Positions 1 through 8,404 of a stretch of 64,000 bases of DNA are shown here, one piece after another. Every line of letters begins with the position of its first letter. Positions within the stretch are counted from its first letter, which is position 1. The DNA is from Minisyncoccota bacterium (GTDB taxonomy: Bacteria > Patescibacteriota > Minisyncoccia > Phycocordibacterales > XYD1-FULL-46-19), in assembly GCA_040879645.1 (NCBI GenBank), contig JBBDJY010000013.1:30366-94365 (forward strand), in the 5' to 3' direction. The position numbers and the translations under genes are program-made. Below the pieces are notes generated by a model. It was not told the origin of the DNA, made no database searches, and was given only the letters and a program-made list of their open reading frames with translations.

Positions 1-330
1 CAAGATATATCAATCATTCCAACCGAAAGAGATAATACTTATATTCCCAATAATACTCCGGAAGTATTAATCAATATGCCGGAGATAATAAATGATCTAG
101 ACAAAGTGGTTAAAATCAGTTTAACCACGACAAATAATATTCCAATTAAACAGGTTGATTATTTTATTAACGGTGTTTATTTGGGAGTAACTAAAAATAA
201 TCCTTTTTCTTTTTCTTTCATTCCTCAAGATATTAACGGTTTAAAAGAAAAAAATACTCTTAAAATTATTGTTTATAATGAATTTGGTAATAAAAAAGAC
301 TTTTATCAGACTTTTACTATTGAATTGTAA
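1..330 (+). CDS. 3' end of a gene entering from outside the window; Ig-like (Big) C-terminal domain, possibly of a class A penicillin-binding protein
   Basis: Frame 1 is open from base 1 to the stop at 330. The pattern QVDYFING.YLG....PFSF...L......LKIIVY..GN fits a bacterial Ig-like domain. PBP identity is inference. Confidence 0.55.
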   Translation, partial: QDISIIPTERDNTYIPNNTPEVLINMPEIINDLDKVVKISLTTTNNIPIKQVDYFINGVYLGVTKNNPFSFSFIPQDINGLKEKNTLKIIVYNEFGNKKDFYQTFTIEL

Positions 331-352
331 ATATAACTCTTAGAACTTAATT

Positions 353-610
353 TTATTTAATATCAATTACCGATTCTTTACCGACAGTATTATTTATCCG
401 CGAAAGTAATTCTTCTTTATTAATAATTATTTCGGTTTTAATTAATGGAGAAGTTTTTATATAAATTTTTTTATTTTTATAAGTTATTTTTTTAGCCTCA
501 ATTTCTATTTTTAATAACTCTTTAATGGTTTTTTGTGCCGTTTCTATTATTATTTGCCATTCAAATAAACCTTTTTTATATTTAGCTAAAAAATCACCCA
601 GTAAAGCCAT
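353..610 (-). CDS. DciA/DUF721-like small protein (putative helicase loader)
   Basis: Starts 2 bp after the dnaN stop. IYIKTSPLIKTEIIINKEELLSRINNTVG...VIDI resembles the DUF721 KH-like pattern. Confidence 0.5.
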   Translation of the reverse strand: MALLGDFLAKYKKGLFEWQIIIETAQKTIKELLKIEIEAKKITYKNKKIYIKTSPLIKTEIIINKEELLSRINNTVGKESVIDIK

Positions 611-611
611 A

Positions 612-1709
612 TTATCGGTTTAAAGGCATAACAATATAAGAAAAATTATTATTATCACTTCCTTGAATAAATAAAGGTTTATTAGGCTCATTGAAATTAA
701 TAATCACTTCACCGGTAATTAAATTTAAAACCTCACTTAAATAGCGGGCGTTTAAATTAATTGACATTCCTTCATTGTCTATTTTTGACGGTAAAGTAAT
801 GGAATTCTCACCGATTTCTTGATTTTGTGATTTTATCGTCAGTAAACCCTTATTATCAACGGAAAATGATATTTGATTAAAACGATCCAAGAAAATATTA
901 GATATTTTAAGCGCACTAATAAATTCTTCTTTATTAATTATAATTTTAGTTTTAAATTGTTTAGGAATAATTTGACGATAATCAGGATAAACCCCGTCAA
1001 TAATTCGAGAAGTTAAAAATAATTCATCAGTGTGAAATGAAATCTGATTCTTATCGGAATAAATATCAATATTACCCTGACTGTTATCAAAAACCCTAAT
1101 TATCTCGGAAATATTTTTAAACGGTAAAATAACCGGATTAAACTCACTTTTATTATCAAGTGGAATTTTTATTTCCGCCAAACGGAAAGAATCCGTAGCA
1201 ACAAAAATTAAATTATGATTTTCTTGATAAATATAAACACTGGATATTTCCGGTTTAATATCTGAAGAAGAAGCGGCAAAAAAAACCGATCTTAACCCAT
1301 TAATTAAATCAATTGCCGGGATGGTTAATTTATTACCTTTATTAATAACCGGAATAATTGGAAAATCATCGGCCGATTCGCATTTTATAACCGTCTGACC
1401 ACTCTTGGTATTAATATTAATATTATTATTAACCGCTTCCAGACTTATTTTTTCTTCCTTAAGATTATTAATAAAATTACCTAAAATCCCAGGTTTAACC
1501 GCTAAAACCCCGTCTTTAGCCACCAGGGCCGGGATTTTTACTTCAATACCGATATCTAGATTAGTTGCCCGAATAATTAATTGTTTATTCTGACTTGAAG
1601 CGGATAATAAAATATTACTTAAAACTGTTAAAGATAAATTCCGACCGGTCATTTTTTCCGTTAAATATACTCCTCGTTGTAATTTATCTTTTAAGCATTC
1701 TAGTTTCAT
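612..1709 (-). CDS. dnaN: DNA polymerase III beta sliding clamp
   Basis: 365 aa with motifs ATNLDIGI, VATDSFRLA, SRIIDGVYPDY and C-terminal YIVMPL. Lies downstream of dnaA. Confidence 0.97.
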   Translation of the reverse strand: MKLECLKDKLQRGVYLTEKMTGRNLSLTVLSNILLSASSQNKQLIIRATNLDIGIEVKIPALVAKDGVLAVKPGILGNFINNLKEEKISLEAVNNNININTKSGQTVIKCESADDFPIIPVINKGNKLTIPAIDLINGLRSVFFAASSSDIKPEISSVYIYQENHNLIFVATDSFRLAEIKIPLDNKSEFNPVILPFKNISEIIRVFDNSQGNIDIYSDKNQISFHTDELFLTSRIIDGVYPDYRQIIPKQFKTKIIINKEEFISALKISNIFLDRFNQISFSVDNKGLLTIKSQNQEIGENSITLPSKIDNEGMSINLNARYLSEVLNLITGEVIINFNEPNKPLFIQGSDNNNFSYIVMPLNR

Positions 1710-1946
1710 AATATAAGAATAAAAAATATTTTAAAAAACCTTTATTACTATTAGAACTGTTAATTCGGTGTATAACCGGAATTTAACCTGTGTTTTGATA
1801 ATAAATTCATATTCATGACTTGGGTATAAAGTTGGTAATAATCTTTGTTTTTAATTTTACTGTTTTTAGGTGGGGAAAAGTACCTACTTTATCAACAAGT
1901 TAATTCCTTAGATATTATTAGTTTATACACAGATTAATCCTTAATT
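1710..1946. promoter_or_regulatory. oriC candidate in the dnaA-dnaN intergenic region, with DnaA boxes and DnaA-trio-like repeats
   Basis: TTATACACA at 1923-1931 and TTATCAACA at 1889-1897. Reverse-strand boxes at 1821-1829 and 1767-1775. TAA-TAG-TAA-TAA on the minus strand at about 1742-1753. Very AT-rich. Confidence 0.75.
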
Positions 1947-3308
1947 TCAAGTGTTATATAATTGTAATCTAATTTGATCAATTTCTTGATTTAATAATTG
2001 ATTTTGTTTGATTTCATTTTTTATTTTTTCATAAGCATGAATAACCGTCGTGTGGTCCCGGCCACCTAGTTTTTGGCCGATATAAGGATAAGAAGTATTA
2101 AAATCTTCCCGTAATAAATACATTATTATTTGTCTTGGTTTAACCACTTCTTTCCGTCTAGTTTTTTCATAAAGGAATTTTTCATCAATATTATAATAAT
2201 CAGATACAATCTTCATTACATCTTTAATGGAAACTTGTTTTTGTGGTTTAATGTTGTTTTTAATTAGAATTTTAACTTCATTAGGAGTTAAAATTTTATT
2301 TTTGGTTTTAGATTGAATAATAATCGAGTTAAGGGCTCCTTCTAATTCTCGGATATTATCTTGAATAACTGAAGCTAAATATTCCAAAACTTCATCAGAA
2401 ATAGTAAATTCCGGGCTTTTAACTTTATTTTTAATAATTGCCAGTCGAGTCTCATAATCCGGTTTACCAATATCCACAATCATTCCCCCTTCAAAACGCG
2501 AACGCAAACGATCTTCTAAATTATCTATATATTTTGGCGGTTTATCTGAAGAAAAAATAATTTGCTTATTATTTTCGTAAAAATTATTAAATAAATGGAA
2601 TAATTCCTCTTGAAATTTTTCTTTTTTAGAGAAAAATTGAACATCATCCATAACTAAAATATCATATTTCCGATATTTTTCCTTAAATTTATTAACTCGA
2701 TTATTTTGAATTGAAGAAATTAAATCCATCCCGAAATTTTCCGAGGTAATATAATAAACCTTTTTATACTCATTATTCTTTTTTATTTGATTACCGATTG
2801 CTTGAGTTAAGTGAGTTTTACCGACACCGGTACCACCATAAACAAAAAGCGGATTATAATTCATCCCCGGATTTTTAATAATTGCTTGAGAGGCGGCATA
2901 AGCAACTTCATTAAAAGAGCCAACAATAAAATTATTAAAAGTATATTTAGGATTAAGATTATTTTCCTTATTGATATATAAGTCATTTAAACCCAAATCT
3001 TCACCAATAGTCTCTTTAATATTATTTTCTATCGTCTGACATTTGTTTTTATCCTCGCTTTTAATAATAATGTATTCAACTGAATGAATAATTAAAGAGG
3101 TGTTACGCAAAGCCTTAATGATTAATTTATGATATTTATTAATTAACCAATCACGAACAAAAGTATTAGGTACGCTTAAATAGACAATACCATCATTATA
3201 TTTATAAATATGGGTATTTTTAAACCAGGTGCCGAAATTAGCTTTAGAAATGGATAATTCTATTTCTGATAAAATATCCCCCCAAAGTTTATTGTAATCT
3301 ATCAACAT
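1947..3308 (-). CDS. dnaA: Chromosomal replication initiator DnaA
   Basis: Motifs NPKYTFNNF, Walker A GGTGVGKT, DDVQF, RSRFEGG and GGRDHTTVIHA. Confidence 0.99.
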   Translation of the reverse strand: MLIDYNKLWGDILSEIELSISKANFGTWFKNTHIYKYNDGIVYLSVPNTFVRDWLINKYHKLIIKALRNTSLIIHSVEYIIIKSEDKNKCQTIENNIKETIGEDLGLNDLYINKENNLNPKYTFNNFIVGSFNEVAYAASQAIIKNPGMNYNPLFVYGGTGVGKTHLTQAIGNQIKKNNEYKKVYYITSENFGMDLISSIQNNRVNKFKEKYRKYDILVMDDVQFFSKKEKFQEELFHLFNNFYENNKQIIFSSDKPPKYIDNLEDRLRSRFEGGMIVDIGKPDYETRLAIIKNKVKSPEFTISDEVLEYLASVIQDNIRELEGALNSIIIQSKTKNKILTPNEVKILIKNNIKPQKQVSIKDVMKIVSDYYNIDEKFLYEKTRRKEVVKPRQIIMYLLREDFNTSYPYIGQKLGGRDHTTVIHAYEKIKNEIKQNQLLNQEIDQIRLQLYNT

Positions 3309-3492
3309 AAAATTTATTTATTTGGCGAGTTTTTAATTTACCTTTAAATTATAGTCCAGTACTGTATTATAACAAACGTTTGCAGACTGTTAATAACCAG
3401 TGGATTACTTCTTAAATTATATTTTTTACGAATAATATTAAATTATAAGTCAAGGTTGCTAAAAAAATCCTTTTATTATATGATACTGATTA

Positions 3493-3627
3493 ATGTCAGT
3501 AACCTACCAACCAAAAAAACGAAAAAGGAAGAAAACTCACGGTTTTTTAGTTAGAGCTAAAACCGCCACCGGCCGTAATATTTTAAAAAACCGCCGGCGA
3601 AAAGGCCGAAAGAAATTAGCGGTTTAA
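3493..3627 (+). CDS. rpmH: 50S ribosomal protein L34 (not in the ORF track, 44 aa)
   Basis: Manual translation gives [44 protein letters not shown]. Divergent from dnaA and upstream of rnpA. Confidence 0.97.
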   Translation: MSVTYQPKKRKRKKTHGFLVRAKTATGRNILKNRRRKGRKKLAV

Positions 3628-3644
3628 TTGATTTTGATCAAATA

Positions 3645-3971
3645 ATGATTCCCCAAAACCGGCGAATCGGTAAAAGACTGATTGAACAAGTTATTAAAGA
3701 TGGTAAAAGTCTTTATTCTCCTTATTTAACACTAAAAATCCTTCCGACTGAGGGCCCTAGTTTATGGGGTTTTGTTGTTTCTAAAAAAGTCAGTAAAAAA
3801 GCGGTTGAACGCAATTTTATTAAACGGCGAGCCCGCTATATTGTTAGAAAAAATATAAACAAACTGGCTGACGGTTATTTATATGTTATGATATTTAAGC
3901 CTGAAGCTCGTCATTTAACCTTTAATGAATTGGAACAGGAAGTGGTTAAATTATTGCCGATAAACAAATAA
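3645..3971 (+). CDS. rnpA: Ribonuclease P protein component
   Basis: RNR-like motif GFVVSKKVSKKAVERNFIKRR, with rpmH-rnpA-yidC synteny. Confidence 0.93.
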   Translation: MIPQNRRIGKRLIEQVIKDGKSLYSPYLTLKILPTEGPSLWGFVVSKKVSKKAVERNFIKRRARYIVRKNINKLADGYLYVMIFKPEARHLTFNELEQEVVKLLPINK

Positions 3972-4017
3972 TTGATTAATTTGAATTTTTAAAATCTCCC
4001 TCTAATTAATAATAAAA

Positions 4018-4761
4018 ATGGTAGCTCTATTTAATTTAATCCTATTTAATCCGCTTTATAATGCTTTGGTGTTTATTACCGACATTATCCCCGGTAATAA
4101 TATTGGCGTAGCAATAATTATTTTGACGATTATTGTTAAAATAATTTTATTTCCCTTATACCATAAATCGGTTAAAACCCAATCTAAAATCAAAGAAATT
4201 GAGCCGGAACTTAAGTCTTTGAAAAATAAATATAATGACGATAAGCAAGAACAAGCCAAACAAATAATGGAGCTTTATCGCCATCACGGTATTAATCCTT
4301 TTGTTTCCATTGTTCTTTTATTTATTCAATTGCCGATATTTATTGCCTTATTTTATGTCTTTTTTCGGGGTTTTGAATTAAATTTAGATATCTTATATTC
4401 TTTTATTCCCCCACCGGCGGTAATTAATACCGAATTATTCGGTTTATTGGATATCGCCGAAAAAAGTTTTATCCTCGCTTTATTGGTTGGTGGAGCCCAA
4501 TTTATTCAGATGAAATTTTCTTTACCTCCCCTGCCGCCGATTGATCGGAATAAAAAAGAAAGATCAATTAAAGATGATTTTGCCCGCAGTTTTAATATCC
4601 AAATGCGCTATATTATGCCGATTATTATTGTCTTTATCGCTTCATCTTTACCGGCGGCTGTCGGTCTTTATTGGTTAACCAGTAATTTATTCGCCATTGG
4701 TCATGAATTACTGGTTAAACGAAAAGCTTTAAATATTTTAACCGGACGGTCAATCACTTAA
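4018..4761 (+). CDS. yidC: Membrane protein insertase YidC/Oxa1 (short form)
   Basis: Motifs IIILTIIVKIILFPL, MELYRHHGINP, IQLPIFIALF and GLYWLTSNLF. Confidence 0.95.
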   Translation: MVALFNLILFNPLYNALVFITDIIPGNNIGVAIIILTIIVKIILFPLYHKSVKTQSKIKEIEPELKSLKNKYNDDKQEQAKQIMELYRHHGINPFVSIVLLFIQLPIFIALFYVFFRGFELNLDILYSFIPPPAVINTELFGLLDIAEKSFILALLVGGAQFIQMKFSLPPLPPIDRNKKERSIKDDFARSFNIQMRYIMPIIIVFIASSLPAAVGLYWLTSNLFAIGHELLVKRKALNILTGRSIT

Positions 4762-4821
4762 TTAATTGATGGAAGTTTGGAATTTTTCCAGATAGGATTA
4801 GAATATTCCGGAACGCCAATA

Positions 4822-4891
4822 AAAAATAAAGTTAGTAGTTAGGTAACCCAGACCCAAGCCCAACCATTACCTAACTACTAACTTTATTTTT
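4822..4891. repeat. Perfect 25-bp inverted repeat with a 20-nt loop between convergent transcription units
   Basis: AAAAATAAAGTTAGTAGTTAGGTAA at 4822-4846 and its exact reverse complement at 4867-4891. Confidence 0.9.
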
Positions 4892-4906
4892 ATTAAGAAT
4901 TTTATT

Positions 4907-6112
4907 CTAATAGCGCAAAAATACCGACCATAAACTGCCGTCTTTTTTATTCTGCCACCAAATCATATTGTCTTTAACTTTTAGATTAACAACATCCAAA
5001 TTACGGTTAATAGAAGTTAATCTGAATAAAGTCGAGTCGTCAATGATATAAACCCAAATATCATCATTGGGAAAAGATATTTTTCCTTGATACCACTCGT
5101 CGGGATATTGACCGGCACTGATTCTTTCGGACACACCGCAATAAATGGCACCGGCATCGTTTTGCCAAACACATTTATCGGTTAAGGTTTTTATCGCCAG
5201 TGTTTTTTCCGTTCCGGTGTCTAAATTTTTTAATTTTAAATTAAGGTTATTACCGGCGCTTTCCGAATACAATAATTGCTTACCGTCGGGACTAGGTAGA
5301 GCGGTTAAACCGCTTTTATTACTCAAAATCTTATCAGTCATTTCCCGATTAAGATCCAATGAATATAAATTACGCGACAAAGACCAAGCCGGTGGTTGGC
5401 TTAATATAATTGACCCGGTACCGGCCCAACTTGCCTGCCAAGACAATAAACCGGTTCGCCAGACCTGGCCGGCACCGCTTAAATCCGGATTAGCCACCAG
5501 ACCGACAACATCATCGTTAAAGCGTTTTAAATAAAAGATTCGGCCAGTCTCACGATTAATCGCCGGTTGGGCGAGAAAATTGGATTGACGGCGGACAAGG
5601 TTATTTTTTTCAGTCTCGCCACTAATCGCTTCAAGTGGAATATTGATAGAGGTTATAACCCCATCCCGATCTTCAATAAAAGCGTAGAGATGGTTGGTAT
5701 CGGTGGTAAACAAAACCGACAGCGGATTAGCAATAGTGGTATTGGATATTCGTTTAAAGGTTAATTCTTCATCAGTTAAATCGGCGGTATAAATATGGCC
5801 GGTACTTTGTTCGGCATAAACCAAATAATCATTATCACTAATAGTGATTAATTCGTAACCGGCAATTGATTCATCGATGATTTTTTCCGGGGTGGCAATA
5901 TCTTCCGTTTCGAGGTTGTTGGTTGGAGTGGAAATGGTTTGGCCGGCATTATCACCTTCTCGGCCGGTGAAAAAATCAAATAAATTACCAACCGGGAAAA
6001 ATCCCCGATCGTCCCCCGTCTCGCCACTTGGTGTTGGTCGGGAGATTAAATAAAAACCAATCCCGGCCGCGATGACAATTAAAATAATTAAGATGGTTAA
6101 AGTTTTTTTCAT
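4907..6112 (-). CDS. Membrane-anchored beta-propeller-like (TolB-like) surface protein; last gene of the T4SS-like cluster
   Basis: Likely start is MKKTLTIL followed by an N-terminal TM segment. SPDGKQLLYS is a propeller-blade-like motif. The ORF track starts at 6145. Confidence 0.55.
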   Translation of the reverse strand: MKKTLTILIILIVIAAGIGFYLISRPTPSGETGDDRGFFPVGNLFDFFTGREGDNAGQTISTPTNNLETEDIATPEKIIDESIAGYELITISDNDYLVYAEQSTGHIYTADLTDEELTFKRISNTTIANPLSVLFTTDTNHLYAFIEDRDGVITSINIPLEAISGETEKNNLVRRQSNFLAQPAINRETGRIFYLKRFNDDVVGLVANPDLSGAGQVWRTGLLSWQASWAGTGSIILSQPPAWSLSRNLYSLDLNREMTDKILSNKSGLTALPSPDGKQLLYSESAGNNLNLKLKNLDTGTEKTLAIKTLTDKCVWQNDAGAIYCGVSERISAGQYPDEWYQGKISFPNDDIWVYIIDDSTLFRLTSINRNLDVVNLKVKDNMIWWQNKKDGSLWSVFLRY

Positions 6113-6113
6113 A

Positions 6114-6995
6114 TTAAAATTCAATATGCCAATGGTCTCCTTCATAAATTAACCTATTCCCATTTATTCCCAAGTCACCCAATCCTCCTTCAGCGATAGT
6201 TCTATTCATAAAATTATCAAAATTATTAGTTGACCTAATATCAACCGCCGTGCCGGTATAATGGTTACTTCCAACCGAGTGACCACCTTGTTCGCCTGCG
6301 CCGGTAATGACTATCTCACAATTACATTCTTGACTTAATCCCACTACTCCATTTATTTGATTTTGATTTAAATTGCCGACATATGTTCGGCAGGCGGATA
6401 AATTATCAGGCCGGCAAGCACCTTCATCGTTAATTAAAATTCCTCTCCTTTTTAACCTATTTCTGACTTCAAATTCATTACTCGGAACCGGGCCATACAC
6501 TCCTTCTCCTAATGATGATCCATCTCCGGGTATGGCGGTAATATCGTCTTGTCCACTAGACCCACTACCGGTATTAACTGCCACATCGGTTGATATCGTG
6601 CCGGCTCGACCGCCGAAATCAAGTGATAAGTTTATTAAATTAGGGTTAATGGTATTTAAGATAAGCCAGGCGGTTAAGGCGATTAATAAGCCGAAAAAAG
6701 CGGCACTCATTCGGCTTTTGGCATCGGCTTTAATCCCCGGAATCCCGCTAACCATATATTCAATACCGGCCCAGGTAAAAATAACTATCGATAGAACAGT
6801 GGCAATGACCAAAATGGTGGTAATGGCCGCCGCCGCATAATCCAGCAAATTACTCGTCTCGCCTTCACTCCCCCCAATTACTTCCGGCTGGAGTAAAACA
6901 TAATCCTGGGCCAAAGCCGGTATCGCCACCAATAAACCGGCAAAAAACAAGCCGATAAACAGATAAGGAATCATTTGTTTGGTGGTTTTTTTCAT
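6114..6995 (-). CDS. TrbC/VirB2-like pilin fused to a C-terminal M15-like zinc peptidase domain
   Basis: Signal peptide, then a two-TM pilin pattern (AGIEYMVS.G......AKSRM.AAFFGLLIAL.AWLILNTINP). The C-terminus has H-x6-D (HYTGTAVD) and HWH. Confidence 0.7.
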   Translation of the reverse strand: MKKTTKQMIPYLFIGLFFAGLLVAIPALAQDYVLLQPEVIGGSEGETSNLLDYAAAAITTILVIATVLSIVIFTWAGIEYMVSGIPGIKADAKSRMSAAFFGLLIALTAWLILNTINPNLINLSLDFGGRAGTISTDVAVNTGSGSSGQDDITAIPGDGSSLGEGVYGPVPSNEFEVRNRLKRRGILINDEGACRPDNLSACRTYVGNLNQNQINGVVGLSQECNCEIVITGAGEQGGHSVGSNHYTGTAVDIRSTNNFDNFMNRTIAEGGLGDLGINGNRLIYEGDHWHIEF

Positions 6996-6998
6996 TGA

Positions 6999-8018
6999 TT
7001 ATTGTCCAAAAAATTCATTAAGGTTTAAATTAACCGAGGCTTGGCCGGTTTGTTTGGGATTTCTTGGATTATTAACCTCAACGGATATTATTGATGACCC
7101 GGCTGAAGATTGGTTGGTTTGGAAGGTGATTTCTCTTTGGCGGCTAGAAATATCTTTAATTACTTCCTCACCGGCTTTCCAAATATATTGTAGTTGAGAC
7201 AAAACATCATTAATTGGGAAATAAAACGGTTCGGCTTTAAGTGAAATAACATCGCCCTCGGCTTGATGGTTTTGATTATTTAAAACCTTGGCCTGATTAA
7301 CGCCACTTAACGGCTTAACCTCATATAATAAAATCTCGGCTTGATTGGCGTTAATGGTTAAATTACCACTGGCGGTAATCCCGGATGAAGGATGGCTTAC
7401 TTTGACGCCGACGACCGCTCGCTCGGTTTCGGGATTAAGTGTAAAAGTGATGGTATTTCGACCGAGACCGGAAGAACCGGTTAAGCGAGTATTGTTTCTC
7501 GTCCATTCAAAAACCAATTCTCGAGCGTCAATTAATTGGTCAAAAACCCTGATATTCGGCTCGGCCATAACCGTCAGTAAAGAGCCGGCCGTCGGCAGGG
7601 CCGCTCCTCGGTACCAGTTTGGAATGAAAGAATTTGCTTCAAACAACAATTCAACCTCGGCCGGCCGGAAAGTCAGATTTTTGACAATAAAACGATTATC
7701 CGGGGTGGTAATAATGGCATCAACCGAAGTTATCCAACCAACCCGACCATTGCGGAAGGAAAATTCAGCCAAGCCGATACCCTCGGCCAAAACCTCGTCA
7801 TTAACCGCCCAAGTTACCTTACTTAAATTAAGATTAAAACCAAAACCTTTTAATTTGACGGTAATCATTTCATTGGGTTTTGGCTCTTTCGGCTTGACTT
7901 CGGCCTCCAGAGTTCCGCCAACGGTACTTTCTTGGTAATTAGCCGAAGCGATGACCGGAAAAATCCACAAGATTAAAATAATCAGCAAAACGATTTTATT
8001 TTTTAAGATATTGGTCAT
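6999..8018 (-). CDS. Secreted beta-rich (Ig/PKD-like) protein of the cluster
   Basis: Signal peptide and three beta-rich modules, each with a conserved Trp (VTWAVN, FEWTRN, YIWKAG). Confidence 0.55.
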   Translation of the reverse strand: MTNILKNKIVLLIILILWIFPVIASANYQESTVGGTLEAEVKPKEPKPNEMITVKLKGFGFNLNLSKVTWAVNDEVLAEGIGLAEFSFRNGRVGWITSVDAIITTPDNRFIVKNLTFRPAEVELLFEANSFIPNWYRGAALPTAGSLLTVMAEPNIRVFDQLIDARELVFEWTRNNTRLTGSSGLGRNTITFTLNPETERAVVGVKVSHPSSGITASGNLTINANQAEILLYEVKPLSGVNQAKVLNNQNHQAEGDVISLKAEPFYFPINDVLSQLQYIWKAGEEVIKDISSRQREITFQTNQSSAGSSIISVEVNNPRNPKQTGQASVNLNLNEFFGQ

Positions 8019-8053
8019 TACTCTATTTTAAACTAATTTGTCCGGATAAGGAA

Positions 8054-8398
8054 TCATTTGGCCCCGGTCAGCGCTTTTTTAAATTTGGGCTTGGCTGATA
8101 AGGATAAACCGGTTTTGTCTTCAGTCCGGGTAAAAATAATGACCGCGATGACGCCGGCGGTAATGCCGGGTAGAAAAGGGATAATCGCCAATACCCCGGC
8201 GGTGAGGTAAGTCAGCATTTTTCTGGTACTGATTAAGGGAATATTTTTTAAATAAAACCAAAAACCGAAAACCATAAAAGCGGTGGCGGTGGTGATAAGG
8301 TTAACAATGGGAATTAAGGCAATCAAGTCAATTAATAAAGCGGTGACAATCATTCCGCTGGCGGATAATCGACTGATGCGGTAAGTGGTTTCAGCCAT
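8054..8398 (-). CDS. Small multi-pass membrane protein
   Basis: 114 aa with 3-4 hydrophobic segments, co-oriented and tightly spaced in the cluster. Confidence 0.65.
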   Translation of the reverse strand: MAETTYRISRLSASGMIVTALLIDLIALIPIVNLITTATAFMVFGFWFYLKNIPLISTRKMLTYLTAGVLAIIPFLPGITAGVIAVIIFTRTEDKTGLSLSAKPKFKKALTGAK

Positions 8399-8404
8399 AA
8401 TTGT

